This document shows positions 1-9,248 of a stretch of 37,007 nt of DNA, piece after piece. Both the position numbers and the translations under genes were made by a program. Numbering within the stretch: position 1 is the first letter of the stretch; every line of letters begins with the position of its first letter. The notes under the pieces are model-generated. The model searched no databases, was not told the origin of the DNA, and saw nothing but the letters and a program-made list of their open reading frames with translations. This DNA is from a bacterium (GTDB taxonomy: Bacteria; ARS69): positions 1 through 37,007 of the forward strand of contig JALGZO010000510.1 in NCBI GenBank assembly GCA_025774865.1. Direction: 5' to 3'.

Positions 1-1
1 C

Positions 2-1366
2 CTGAGCTACCGCCCCCAGAAGTGGGTGCGATGGTTGGGGCCGGTCCTGACCTACGAGACGAGCTACAACGAAGATCAGAGTCCCGTCGCCCAGGCGCCG
101 GACACGCCCCGGAAGCTCCGCCGCGTCCAGAACACCGCGGCCCGAGAGATCTCCGGGGCGATCCGCCTGCGGCAAATCTTCAAGAAGAAGGAAGAGGACA
201 AGCCGACGCGGGCGTCGCCGCGCCGTCCGAACTTGCCCGGGGGCGCTAACCGGGGTCGAACACCTCCCGGTGAAGGAGACGGGCAAGAGGGCGCGGGCGC
301 CGAGGGTGCGGAGGGCTCAGGGGCGGGAGAAGAGGCCGGTGCCGAAGGAGGATCTTCGGGACCGAGCCTGAGCGGGATCTACAATGGGTTCGTGTCGTTC
401 GCGAACACGTTCGGCGATCTCCGATTCTCGTATCGTGACGATCGGTCGTCGCGGTTCAGTCGGGTGAGCGACCGCCCGCACATCTTGTACCAGTTCGGGG
501 TGCGCGACCTCGATCGGAGTCTCCTCGTTCCGGTGGAGGGCACGGGTGGCGCCGGTCTCATCGAGGACAACACCAGCGAAGCGTTCACGTCGACTTTCGA
601 CACGTCGTGGCAGCCCTCGGGGAGTTTCTACGTGGACTTCGCCTGGTCGCAGTCGATCGCAAAGACCTCCGTGACCGGCAGCCGGAACAAGACGTTCACC
701 ACGACGTTCCCCGACCTCTCGCTGAACTTCGAAGGATTGGAAAACAGGGCGTTCCTGAAACGTTTCACGAGATCTTCGTCGCTCAACTCCTCCTATCGAC
801 GCTCCGTCCGGCAGAGCGGGGCACTCCCTCGGCTCGGCGAGGCGCCCCCTCCCGGGGAGAGAAACTGGTTCGACTCGGAGACCGTATCTCACGATTTCGC
901 GCCACTCGCAGCCTGGCGGGCCACTTGGCACAACGGCATCAACACGACGCTGACGATCGACCGGTCGAAGAACAGCGACGCGAGCGAGTTCCGGGACGCC
1001 GTCTCGACGACGGAAACGACGGTCAGCAATGTCCGATTGAACGGGCGCTACAGCTTCTCGGCTCCGCGCGGAGTCTCGTTCTTGGGCCGGCGCATTCGCT
1101 TCTCATCGGATCTGACCTTGAACCTCGACTTGAACCGGGGCGAGAACAAGACGGTCGAGTCCACGACCCAGCTGACCACCGGCCAGATCACGACGGCCAC
1201 GCGGTCCCATACGAAGAACCTCGGGATCACTCCGCGCGCCACCTACAACTTCTCTCGCAAGCTGCAGGGAAGTCTCGACATCTCGTACCAGCGAAGGCAG
1301 GACTTGCAGCGCGACCGGACCGACACGACAATCAGCGTCGCTCTCGAAGCTCTGATCCAGTTCTGA
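2..1366 (+). CDS. Outer-membrane beta-barrel protein, C-terminal portion (gene starts upstream of window); family unresolved, SprA/Sov-like is only a possibility
   Basis: Frame 2 is open from nt 2 with no stop before the GTG at 26, so the 5' end lies outside the window. A Gly/Glu/Ala low-complexity linker (GEGDGQEGAGAEGAEGSGAGEEAGAEGG) is followed by about 350 aa of S/T/N/R-rich alternating beta-strand-like sequence. It ends ...VALEALIQF, and a C-terminal Phe is typical of OM barrels. No family-specific motif recognised. Confidence 0.6.
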   Translation: MSYRPQKWVRWLGPVLTYETSYNEDQSPVAQAPDTPRKLRRVQNTAAREISGAIRLRQIFKKKEEDKPTRASPRRPNLPGGANRGRTPPGEGDGQEGAGAEGAEGSGAGEEAGAEGGSSGPSLSGIYNGFVSFANTFGDLRFSYRDDRSSRFSRVSDRPHILYQFGVRDLDRSLLVPVEGTGGAGLIEDNTSEAFTSTFDTSWQPSGSFYVDFAWSQSIAKTSVTGSRNKTFTTTFPDLSLNFEGLENRAFLKRFTRSSSLNSSYRRSVRQSGALPRLGEAPPPGERNWFDSETVSHDFAPLAAWRATWHNGINTTLTIDRSKNSDASEFRDAVSTTETTVSNVRLNGRYSFSAPRGVSFLGRRIRFSSDLTLNLDLNRGENKTVESTTQLTTGQITTATRSHTKNLGITPRATYNFSRKLQGSLDISYQRRQDLQRDRTDTTISVALEALIQF

Positions 1367-1383
1367 TCCTCCGAGGCCTCTTC

Positions 1384-2307
1384 TTGGCGCACCGTTCCTT
1401 CCGTCCGCGGGCGTGGCTCATCATGTTGTCGTCCGCGTCGGTCGTCACGGGATGCGGCGAACGGGAATTCGACGAGGCCCGCGCGTTCCGTCACCTCGTG
1501 GACCAGGTCGAGATGGGACCGCGGGCGCCCGGGTACCCGGGGCACGGGCAGGCGCTCGACTACTTCCGGAGCCACCTCGAGTCCCGGGCCGACCGCGTGT
1601 TTCTCCACCGTTTCGAGGTCACCTCCCCGCTCGACTCGTCCGTGGTCGAGCTGCAGACGGTCGTCGCCGTCTTCAACCCGGACAGCCCCACGCGAATCCT
1701 GTTCGGAGCCCACTGGGACACCCGTCCGGTGGCCGACCAGGAAACGGACGAAGCCCTTCGCCAGCTCCCCGTGCCCGGGGCGAACGACGGGGCGTCGGGG
1801 GTGGCGGTTCTGCTCGAAGTCGCGACCGCCCTCGCGGCGCGGTCGCCGAAGATCGGAGTCGACCTCGCTCTCTTCGACGGTGAGGACCTGGGACGTCCGG
1901 CCGAAGCCGAGACGTACGCCCTGGGGTCGGCCCGATTCGTCGAGGATCACCCCGACTACCGGCCGGTGTTCATGGTCAATCTCGACATGGTGGGGAGGAA
2001 GGGAACGCGCATCCCGAAGGAGTCTCATTCGGTGCTGGGGGCCGCTTGGCTCGTGGAGCGATTGTGGGCCATCGGACGGGAAATCGGCACGACGGTCTTG
2101 GTCGACTCCATTGGGCCGCCCGTCTTCGACGACCATATTGCGTTCTTGCGGGCCGGGATCCCCGCCGTCGACCTCATCGATTTTCAGGATCCGAACTGGC
2201 ACACGACCCACGACCTGCCAGAGGCGTGCGCCCCTGAGTCGCTCGGGGAAATCGGACGCCTCGTGCTGGCGATCGTGCGGGACGCGGAGCGGACGCTGAG
2301 ACCTTGA
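1384..2307 (+). CDS. Glutaminyl-peptide cyclotransferase-like M28 family lipoprotein
   Basis: M28/QC motifs are present: FGAHWDTRP, GANDGASGVAVLLEVA, LFDGEDLG, MVNLDMVG. The block VFDDHIAFLRAGIPAVDLIDFQDPNWHTTHD resembles, from memory, the DDHIPFL..G.P....WHT block of animal-type glutaminyl cyclases. TTG at 1384, with GAGG 7 nt upstream, yields a lipoprotein signal peptide (AHRSFRPRAWLIMLSSASVVTG|C). The first ATG is at 1423 (alternative start). Confidence 0.75.
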   Translation: MAHRSFRPRAWLIMLSSASVVTGCGEREFDEARAFRHLVDQVEMGPRAPGYPGHGQALDYFRSHLESRADRVFLHRFEVTSPLDSSVVELQTVVAVFNPDSPTRILFGAHWDTRPVADQETDEALRQLPVPGANDGASGVAVLLEVATALAARSPKIGVDLALFDGEDLGRPAEAETYALGSARFVEDHPDYRPVFMVNLDMVGRKGTRIPKESHSVLGAAWLVERLWAIGREIGTTVLVDSIGPPVFDDHIAFLRAGIPAVDLIDFQDPNWHTTHDLPEACAPESLGEIGRLVLAIVRDAERTLRP

Positions 2308-2342
2308 CAGCGCGGGGCGAAACCGCCACATTGTCCAGTGTG

Positions 2343-2372
2343 GGCCTGCGGGAAACCGCAGGCCTCGTTTTT
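2343..2372 (+). terminator. Rho-independent terminator after the QC-like gene
   Basis: Perfect 9-bp GC-rich stem GGCCTGCGG (2343-2351) / CCGCAGGCC (2356-2364) with a GAAA tetraloop, followed by TCGTTTTT (2365-2372). It lies 36 nt after the stop codon. Confidence 0.65.
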
Positions 2373-2409
2373 GCCCAGGATCGGGGCTCGGTGTACCCCG
2401 GGAGATGCC

Positions 2410-2901
2410 ATGGGGAGCCGCGATCGGGAGCTGTTCGAGCTTCTCGAGCCAATCGTCGTTGCCCAGGGCGTGGGCCTCGTGGAGGTCCGGCTCATGGGGG
2501 GGGCGGGTCGGCCAGTGCTCCGCGTGGTGATTCATTCCGCCGCCGGGGTCTCTCACGGAGATTGCGCCCGAGTGACCCGCGCGGTCGGAGACGCCCTCGA
2601 GGACGACCGCGTCCTCGCCGGAAGCTACCGGCTCGAGGTTTCTTCCCCCGGGCTCCGCCGCCGGCTGAACGACGAGAGCGAGTTCGAGCTCTTTCGGGGG
2701 TACCCGGTCCGGGTGTGGATCGAGGAGGGGGAGGCGACCCGCGAGATCGCGGGGATCTCTCAGGGGACGCGGAAGGGCGAAGGCGTGGTCCTTCGCGAAC
2801 AGGATGGTACGGAGTCGGTCATTCCCTGGTCCCAGGTGACGAAGGCGCGTCTGGATATGGACGTCGCCCCGGCCAAAGGGCCTGGAGGAACGGGAAGATG
2901 A
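2410..2901 (+). CDS. rimP: Ribosome maturation factor RimP
   Basis: The translation (MGSRDRELFELLEPIVVAQGVGLVEVRL...YRLEVSSPGLRRRL...) shows the RimP N-domain and SPG motif. It sits immediately upstream of nusA and overlaps it by ATGA. Start taken at the ATG at 2410 inside the longer ORF 2338-2901. Confidence 0.85.
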   Translation: MGSRDRELFELLEPIVVAQGVGLVEVRLMGGAGRPVLRVVIHSAAGVSHGDCARVTRAVGDALEDDRVLAGSYRLEVSSPGLRRRLNDESEFELFRGYPVRVWIEEGEATREIAGISQGTRKGEGVVLREQDGTESVIPWSQVTKARLDMDVAPAKGPGGTGR

Positions 2902-4610
2902 ACTACGAGATTCTCGAGGCCCTCGGGCAGATCGCCCGGGAGAAGAACGTCGACAAAGAGCTCGTGATCGAGACCCTGGAGGCCGGCATCGTGTCGGCGG
3001 CGCGTCGTCGCTACGGTCAAAACGCGGACATCCAGGTGCGCTTCGACGAGGGGTCGGGGGGCATGTCGATCGAATACGTTCGCAAGGTCGTCGAGGACCT
3101 GACGGACGAAGAGCTCGAAATCGAAATCGATGACGCCCGCGTGGAAACCCCCGACGCGAAGGTCGGTCAAGATCTGCGCGTCGAGCTCACCCTCGAGGAG
3201 TTCGGGCGCAACGCGATCCAGGCCGCCAAGCAGGTCGTGGTTCAGCGAGTGCGCGAGGCCGAGCGCGAGAACGTCTACCAGAACTACCACAATCGGGTGA
3301 ACGAGGTCCTGACGGGCACGGTTCAGCAGGTGAACCGCGGCAACATCATCGTGAACCTGGGTCGGGCGGAGGCGCTTCTCCCTTGGCGTGAGCAGATTCG
3401 TCGGGAGCAGTACCGTCAGGGCGACACGATCCGCGCCATGATCATCGACGTGCAACGCAACGCGAAGGGTCCGCAGATCATTCTGTCCCGGGCGTCGGGA
3501 GCGTTCCTGGTCAAGCTGTTCGAGCAGGAGGTCCCCGAGATCCTCGAAGGAATCGTGACGATCAATGCCGTGGCGCGCGAGGCCGGCGGGCGGGCGAAGA
3601 TCGCCGTCTCGTCGAATGAGTATCGCGTCGACCCCGTAGGGGCGTGCGTCGGGATGAAGGGTTCGCGCGTTCAGAGCATCGTGCGGGAGCTGTCCGGTGA
3701 GCGAATCGACATCGTTCCGTTCTCGGAGGATCCCATCGCGTTCGTCACGAAGGCGTTGTCGCCGGCGAAGATCCTGCAGACGATTCCGAACGACGAGACG
3801 AAGCACATGAAGGTCATCGTCACCGAGGATCAGCTGTCGCTCGCGATCGGGAAGAGCGGGCAGAACGCGCGTCTGGCCGCGAAGCTGACCGGTTGGGAAA
3901 TCGATCTCGTCTCCGAGGAGGACTTCGCGCTCTCACGTGGCCAGGCGCCGAAGTCCGACGCGATCCCGGTGGACGAGCTCGAGGGTCTCGGTCCGAAGAC
4001 GATCGAGAATCTGATCACGTCCGGCTTCGAGTCCGTTCAAGACATCGTGCGGGCCACGATCGAGGACCTGATCAACGTTCCGGGCGTGGGGGACGTCACC
4101 GCCCAGAGGATCTACCTTTCCGCCGTGCAACACATCGAGGCGGTCGAGGAGCAGAAGGCACTCGCGGCGGAGGAGGCGGCGAGCGCCGAGAAGGAGGCCC
4201 AGGAAACCGCGGATGCCGCGATCAAGGCTGCGCTCGAGATCGCGCCCCCGGTGGAGCCGGAGGTGACCGACGAGGCGGCGATCGAGCCGGCGGGGGTCGT
4301 CGTCGCGGCCGCGGCCGCCGAAGTCGTGGAGGAGGCACCGGCCGAGGAAGCCGAGGTCGCGGAGGAGGCTCCGGCCGAGGAAGCCGAGGTCGCGGAGGAG
4401 GCACCGGCCGAGCCGGTGCCGGTGGCGCCATCGGCTCCGCCCGAGAAGCGAGATCCTTCGAGTTACCTCGACGACATCGAGGCGATGGAGTCGGAGCTCT
4501 CGGCGGGCTGGGAAGGCGATGACAAGGTCGCCGAAGGGGAGCCGGGCAAAGGCGAGAAGATCCCGGCCGATGACGAGGGCGCGGGAAAGAAGAAGCCGGA
4601 GGCGTCCTGA
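2898..4610 (+). CDS. nusA: Transcription termination/antitermination factor NusA with long acidic C-terminal tail
   Basis: MNYEILEALGQIAREKNVDKELVIETLE... (NusA N-domain). S1 region (GTVQQVNRGNIIVNLGRAEALLP), two KH domains (ACVGMKGSRVQSIVRELSGERIDIV; LAIGKSGQNARLAAKLTGWEIDL) and one HhH module (LEGLGPKTIENL...VPGVGDVTAQRI). The ATG at 2898 overlaps the rimP stop. Confidence 0.95.
   Translation: MNYEILEALGQIAREKNVDKELVIETLEAGIVSAARRRYGQNADIQVRFDEGSGGMSIEYVRKVVEDLTDEELEIEIDDARVETPDAKVGQDLRVELTLEEFGRNAIQAAKQVVVQRVREAERENVYQNYHNRVNEVLTGTVQQVNRGNIIVNLGRAEALLPWREQIRREQYRQGDTIRAMIIDVQRNAKGPQIILSRASGAFLVKLFEQEVPEILEGIVTINAVAREAGGRAKIAVSSNEYRVDPVGACVGMKGSRVQSIVRELSGERIDIVPFSEDPIAFVTKALSPAKILQTIPNDETKHMKVIVTEDQLSLAIGKSGQNARLAAKLTGWEIDLVSEEDFALSRGQAPKSDAIPVDELEGLGPKTIENLITSGFESVQDIVRATIEDLINVPGVGDVTAQRIYLSAVQHIEAVEEQKALAAEEAASAEKEAQETADAAIKAALEIAPPVEPEVTDEAAIEPAGVVVAAAAAEVVEEAPAEEAEVAEEAPAEEAEVAEEAPAEPVPVAPSAPPEKRDPSSYLDDIEAMESELSAGWEGDDKVAEGEPGKGEKIPADDEGAGKKKPEAS
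4329..4412 (+). repeat. In-frame 33-nt tandem repeat (2.5 copies) inside the nusA tail
   Basis: GAGGAGGCACCGGCCGAGGAAGCCGAGGTCGCG at 4329-4361, repeated at 4362-4394 with one A>T change, and partially at 4395-4412. It encodes EEAPAEEAEVA x2.5. Confidence 0.9.
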
Positions 4611-4627
4611 GCCCCGAGGGGGGGACG

Positions 4628-4897
4628 GTGCCGGTGCGAAGCTGCGTGGCGTGCCGCGGGCGGTTCGACAAGAAGGAGCTCCTGCGCTGGGTGGTCGACA
4701 GCGAAGGGTGCGCGGTCCCCGATCCGCGAGGCCGCGCTCCGGGGCGCGGCGCCTACGTCTGCCGCCGCGAGGAGTGCTGCGAGGTGCTCCGCAAGCGAAA
4801 GGGAGGCCCGGACTTCCGTCGGGAGGAACGGGCGTTCCAGCTTGCGATTCGCGGGGACGTCATCCAGAATGTCCCGGGCGAATCGCATGAAAACTGA
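4628..4897 (+). CDS. ylxR: YlxR/DUF448 family RNA-binding protein
   Basis: 89 aa, GTG start. R.CVACR...K.ELLR...GRGAY.C signature of YlxR. Canonical position between nusA and infB. Confidence 0.85.
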   Translation: MPVRSCVACRGRFDKKELLRWVVDSEGCAVPDPRGRAPGRGAYVCRREECCEVLRKRKGGPDFRREERAFQLAIRGDVIQNVPGESHEN

Positions 4898-5225
4898 GAG
4901 GATCCGAGGGCTTCTCGGACTCGCTCGGAGGGCGCGAACCGTCACGATCGGGTCGCGAGAGACCCGGATGGCCCTCCGTCGGGGCGAGATCCGGCTGGTG
5001 CTGCTCGCCTCGGACGGATCGACGCGGGATGGTGAGCGGGTGACCCGCCTGACGGAAGAGCGGGGTGTCCCCATCCGGACGGTCGCGACCCGCGAGGCGC
5101 TCGGCTCCTGGGTCGGGCAGGCCGCGGTTGCGGTCCTCGGGGTTCGGGACCCGCATCTCGCGACCGCGGTTCGCGAGGCATTCGACGGAGCGTCGGCTCG
5201 CCCGAGGGATAACGGGGAAAAATGA
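4887..5225 (+). CDS. ylxQ: L7Ae/L30e-family ribosomal-protein-like protein (YlxQ-like)
   Basis: MKTERIRGLLGLARRARTVTIGSRETRMALRRGEIRLVLLASD... matches the YlxQ/L7Ae pattern and its position just before infB. ATG at 4887 chosen; earlier in-frame ATGs at 4842 and 4869 are possible. Confidence 0.75.
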   Translation: MKTERIRGLLGLARRARTVTIGSRETRMALRRGEIRLVLLASDGSTRDGERVTRLTEERGVPIRTVATREALGSWVGQAAVAVLGVRDPHLATAVREAFDGASARPRDNGEK

Positions 5226-5226
5226 A

Positions 5227-7533
5227 ATGATGAGAAACCGAGACAAGCACCCCGATCCGGCGTTCGCCCCCGATACCGGCTCCGGCAAGGGTACGGTGCG
5301 CAGCACGAAGTCCGGCGACAAGTCGAAGACCGAGAAGACGCGCATCTACCAGATTGCGAAGGAGTTCTCCGTTTCCAGCGAGGCGATGCTGACGATCGTT
5401 CGCGGATTCGGCGTCGAGGTGAAGAGTCACATGAGCTCGATCGACGAGGCCACCGTCGATCGAGTCCGCAAGGAGTTCGACAAGCAAACCGAGGCGGTCA
5501 AGGAAGACTACGCGCGCAAGCGCGAGGTCGAGCGAGCGAGCCGGCGACGCCAGGCGCAGGCGGCCGCGTCCCAGGCGACGGACGCGAAGCCCGGCGCCGA
5601 CGCGAAAGCCAAGGCTCCCGCGGCGCGCCGCAAGGGGGCGGCCACGGGTGGGCCTCGTCGGGCCGTCGATCAGAAGGTCGTGCGCGCGAACATCAAGAAG
5701 ACGTTCGCGGAAATGGACCGTGGGCGGCGCCGATACCGGAAGCGCAAGTCCGACGTCGAGGAGGCCACCGAAGAAGGCAACGTTCTGCGCGTCACCGAGT
5801 TCATCTCTACCTCCGAGCTCGCGAGCTTCATGAACGTCAGCCCGTCGCAGGTCATCGCGAAGGCGATGGAGCTCGGCTCGATGGTGACGATCAACCAGCG
5901 CCTCGACCGCGACATGATCGAGATGCTCGCCGACGAGTTCGAGTTCTCCGTGACGTTCGAATCCGCCATGGAGATCGGGACCCCGGAGGTGGAGGCCGAG
6001 GAAGAGGTCAGCGAGGAGAACCTCGCGCCGCGTCCACCCGTGGTCACGATCATGGGACACGTGGACCACGGCAAGACGAGCCTTCTGGATCACATCCGCG
6101 AGACGAACGTGATCGCGGGCGAGTCCGGAGGGATCACGCAGCACATCGGCGCCTACCACGTGGACGCGTCGGGTGGGGTGATCACGTTCCTCGACACGCC
6201 GGGCCACGAGGCGTTCACCGCGATGCGGGCGCGCGGCGCCCAGGTCACCGACATCGTGATTCTGGTCGTGGCGGCGGACGACTCCGTGATGCCGCAGACG
6301 ATCGAGGCGATCGACCACGCGAAGGCCGCCGGGGTACCCATCGTCGTCGCGATCAACAAGATCGATCTCCCCGGGGCGAAGCCCGAACAAGTTCGCCAGG
6401 AGCTCACCGCGTACGGGATCACGCCGGAGGCGTGGGGCGGTGAGAACATCGTGGTCGACGTTTCCGCGAAGACCGGGGACGGCATGAGCCGGCTGCTCGA
6501 GATGATCCTCCTGCAGGCCGAGGTGCTGGAGCTGAAGGCCGACGCGATCCGGTCTGCGAAGGGCACGGTCGTCGAGGCGCGCAAGGAGAAGGGGCGCGGG
6601 ACGGTCGTGACCGTGCTCGTGCAGGAAGGCACGCTGAAAGTGGGCGACGCGATGGTCGCGGGCTCGCAGGCGGGCCGGGTGCGCGCGCTCCAGGACGAGC
6701 GAGGCAGTCGTCTCGAGTCCGCGGGGCCGGCGATGCCCGTGGCCGTGCTCGGGTTCTCTGACGTTCCGCGGGCGGGCGAGTCGTTCACCGTGGTCCCGAA
6801 TGAGCGCGAGGCGCGGGAGATCGCCCAGCGCCGCTCGCAACTCCTCCGCGAGCAGGAGCACCGGTATCGTCGTCATACGACGCTCGAGACCCTCTTCGAC
6901 CAGATTCAGGAAGGCGAGACCCAAGAGCTCCGCGTCATCATCAAGGGCGACGTGGAGGGCTCGGTCGAAGCGGTGGCCGACTCGTTGGAGCGGATCGGGA
7001 CGGACGAAGTGCAGATGCGCGTGATCCATCGCGCCGTTGGCGTGATCAACGAGTCCGACATTCTGCTCGCGGCCGCCTCCGACGCGATCGTGCTCGGATT
7101 CCACGTCGAGATCGACGCGAGGGCCAAGGAACTGGTCGCCCGCGAACGCGTGGACGTCCGCATGTACGACGTCATCTACGAAGCCGTGGAAGACGTGCGC
7201 GCGGCCATGGAAGGCCTGCTCAAGCCGGACATCGAACGCCGAATCGTCGGCACGGCGGAAGTGCGCCAGGTCTTCCGGATTCCGAAGCACGGTGCGATCG
7301 GCGGAAGCATGGTCCTGACCGGGACCATCAAGCGCAACGCGGGCGTCGTCGTGAAGCGGAAGGACGAAGCGGTCACCGAATCGCGCATTTCTTCCTTGAA
7401 GCGTTTCAAGGAAGACGTCAGCGAGGTGAAGAACGGCTTCGAGTGCGGTATCGGGGTCGAGGCCTTTCAGGGTCTCCAGGAAGGAGACGTCCTGGAAGTG
7501 TTCGAAGAGGTCGAGGTGGCGCGGAGGCTCTAG
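5227..7533 (+). CDS. infB: Translation initiation factor IF-2
   Basis: N-terminal IF2_N ([26 protein letters not shown]), K/R/A-rich linker, GTPase motifs ([24 protein letters not shown]) and IF-2 C-terminal domains. The first in-frame ATG follows the ylxQ stop by 1 nt. Confidence 0.95.
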   Translation: MMRNRDKHPDPAFAPDTGSGKGTVRSTKSGDKSKTEKTRIYQIAKEFSVSSEAMLTIVRGFGVEVKSHMSSIDEATVDRVRKEFDKQTEAVKEDYARKREVERASRRRQAQAAASQATDAKPGADAKAKAPAARRKGAATGGPRRAVDQKVVRANIKKTFAEMDRGRRRYRKRKSDVEEATEEGNVLRVTEFISTSELASFMNVSPSQVIAKAMELGSMVTINQRLDRDMIEMLADEFEFSVTFESAMEIGTPEVEAEEEVSEENLAPRPPVVTIMGHVDHGKTSLLDHIRETNVIAGESGGITQHIGAYHVDASGGVITFLDTPGHEAFTAMRARGAQVTDIVILVVAADDSVMPQTIEAIDHAKAAGVPIVVAINKIDLPGAKPEQVRQELTAYGITPEAWGGENIVVDVSAKTGDGMSRLLEMILLQAEVLELKADAIRSAKGTVVEARKEKGRGTVVTVLVQEGTLKVGDAMVAGSQAGRVRALQDERGSRLESAGPAMPVAVLGFSDVPRAGESFTVVPNEREAREIAQRRSQLLREQEHRYRRHTTLETLFDQIQEGETQELRVIIKGDVEGSVEAVADSLERIGTDEVQMRVIHRAVGVINESDILLAAASDAIVLGFHVEIDARAKELVARERVDVRMYDVIYEAVEDVRAAMEGLLKPDIERRIVGTAEVRQVFRIPKHGAIGGSMVLTGTIKRNAGVVVKRKDEAVTESRISSLKRFKEDVSEVKNGFECGIGVEAFQGLQEGDVLEVFEEVEVARRL

Positions 7534-7557
7534 GTACGGGCTCGGGGCCGATCGCCG

Positions 7558-7872
7558 GTGAGCAGCGGACTTCTCGATGCAGGGAGCCAGGTGAGGGTCG
7601 GTGCGCTCCAGGTTGATTTCCGGATCCCCGGAAGCCAATCCCTGAAGGCGAAGCGGAAGGTCGTTTCCAGTCTCAAGGACCGGATTCGCAGTCGCTTTCC
7701 GGTCGCGGTGGCAGAGGTGGGGCACCAGGAGCTCTGGGGGCGCGGGATGATCGGGGTCGCCGCGGTGGGAGAAGAGGGCGGTCTCGTCGAACGGGCCCTT
7801 GACGAGACGGTTCGTCTCATCGAGTCCGACGTCCGCGTGATGATCGTGGACGTGGTCCGCGACTCGTACTAG
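7558..7872 (+). CDS. DUF503 (YlxP-like) protein
   Basis: VGALQVDFRIPGSQSLKAKRKVVSSLKDRIRSRF is the DUF503 signature, and the gene sits between infB and rbfA. The GTG at 7558 is the longest start. The GTG at 7591 has a better SD (AGGGAG, 4-nt spacer) and may be the true start. Confidence 0.75.
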   Translation: MSSGLLDAGSQVRVGALQVDFRIPGSQSLKAKRKVVSSLKDRIRSRFPVAVAEVGHQELWGRGMIGVAAVGEEGGLVERALDETVRLIESDVRVMIVDVVRDSY

Positions 7873-7906
7873 CTCCCTCAACCTCTGGGCCCGGAGGCGC
7901 CGAACC

Positions 7907-8299
7907 GTGCGATCGACCCGAATGAGACGGACTGACGACCTCGTCCGGAAGGTCGTTTCGGAAGCCCTACTCACGACCGTCCAGGATCCCCGCATCGGAA
8001 TGGTCACGGTCACCGGAGTCCGGGTCTCGCCGGAATTCGACACCGCCCGAGTGTTCGTCTCGATTCTCGGAGACGAGGACGTTCGTCGCGAGTCTCTGGA
8101 CGGGCTGCGAAGTGCGGCTCCCTTCCTGCAATCCCAGCTGGCCAAGGCGGTGCGGTTCCGGAGGATTCCGCGGCTCAAGTTCATCTACGACGAGTCCGTC
8201 GCCCGCGGGTTCCGGATCGACGAAGTGCTGCGCGGTCTCGACTCGCCCGGCGGCAGCGTGCCAGAGGACAGCGACGATCGCGATGAATCGGTTTCTTGA
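7907..8299 (+). CDS. rbfA: Ribosome-binding factor A
   Basis: RRTDDLVRKVVSEALLTTVQDPRIGMVTVTGVRVSPEFDTARVFVS... is typical RbfA. The GTG at 7907 has GGAGG 9 nt upstream. ATG at 7922 is an alternative. Confidence 0.9.
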   Translation: MRSTRMRRTDDLVRKVVSEALLTTVQDPRIGMVTVTGVRVSPEFDTARVFVSILGDEDVRRESLDGLRSAAPFLQSQLAKAVRFRRIPRLKFIYDESVARGFRIDEVLRGLDSPGGSVPEDSDDRDESVS

Positions 8300-9248
8300 T
8301 TTCATAAGGCGCCACGACCGTTTTGCGATCGTGTCCCACTTGGATCCGGACGGCGATGCCGTGGGGTCGGGGCTCGGGCTCGCGTGGATCCTCCGGGCGG
8401 CCGGTAAGAAGGCGGATTTTCTGAGCTACGGCATTCCGCGGACGTACCAGTGGGTGCCGGGCGTGGAGGAAGTGAAGTCGGATCCCGACCTTCTCGAAGC
8501 GCCGCCGGACGGGGTGTTCGTCGTCGACGCGACCTCGCCCAGTCGGCTCGGCAAGATGGAGAAGCTCCTGACGCCGGACCTCCCGGTCGCGAACATCGAT
8601 CACCATCCCGACAACACGCGGTTCGGCGAGGTCGCCTGGGTCGACCCGTCCGCCGCGGCGGCCGCCTTGATGATCTGGGAGATGGCGCGGGAACTCGAGC
8701 TCCCCGTCGGGCACGACGCGGCGACGTGCCTCTATGTCGGACTCGTCACCGACACCGGGCGTTTCACCTATTCGAACACGGACGCGCGCTCGATCGCCGC
8801 CGCGGCCGATCTCATCGAGGGCGGCGCGGATCCGCACCAGATCGCGGGGAGGGTCTACGAGAACAACTCGGTCGAAGGCCTGCGTCTGCTCGGCCTCGTC
8901 CTGAGTACTCTGGACCTTCGTGACGACGGGCAGGTCGCGAGTCTGCACGTGACGCGCGCCATGCTCGAAGAGACCGGCGCGATGCCGGAGGACGCGGACG
9001 GCTTCTCGACGTACGCGCGATCCATCGAGGGAGTGAAGGTGGGTCTCTTCTTCCGGGAATCCGAGGACGGGACCATCAAGGTCAGTTTTCGCTCGAACCA
9101 AGGAGTGCACATCGATGGCGTCGCCGGCCGATTGGGAGGGGGCGGGCACCCCAGCGCCTCCGGGGCGCGAGTTCCGGGGCCGATGGAAGCGGCGAAGGAA
9201 AGCGTCCTCCGGGCCGTCTCGGAGCATCTCCGAAGCCTCGCCGCCTGA
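8283..9248 (+). CDS. nrnA: DHH/DHHA1 family phosphoesterase (NrnA-type oligoribonuclease/pAp phosphatase)
   Basis: HLDPDGDAVGS, DHH (NIDHHPDN) and GGGGH motifs. ATG at 8283 overlaps the end of rbfA by 17 nt. Confidence 0.85.
   Translation: MNRFLDFIRRHDRFAIVSHLDPDGDAVGSGLGLAWILRAAGKKADFLSYGIPRTYQWVPGVEEVKSDPDLLEAPPDGVFVVDATSPSRLGKMEKLLTPDLPVANIDHHPDNTRFGEVAWVDPSAAAAALMIWEMARELELPVGHDAATCLYVGLVTDTGRFTYSNTDARSIAAAADLIEGGADPHQIAGRVYENNSVEGLRLLGLVLSTLDLRDDGQVASLHVTRAMLEETGAMPEDADGFSTYARSIEGVKVGLFFRESEDGTIKVSFRSNQGVHIDGVAGRLGGGGHPSASGARVPGPMEAAKESVLRAVSEHLRSLAA

Noticed and set aside
2304-2897. N-terminal 198-codon extension of the ORF that contains nusA (ORF 2304-4610), and similarly 607-1383 ahead of the QC-like gene
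   Set aside because: The extensions overlap rimP and the OM barrel gene in other frames and are Arg/Gly/Pro-rich. The conserved protein N-termini (MNYEILEALG...; lipoprotein signal peptide) start at internal start codons.
4942-8184. 1080-aa ORF on the minus strand spanning ylxQ, infB, the DUF503 gene and rbfA
   Set aside because: It lies antisense to genes with unmistakable conserved motifs. Its translation is Arg/Pro/Gly/Asp-rich low complexity with no recognisable domain. Long stop-free antisense frames are expected at about 70% GC with GC-rich third positions.
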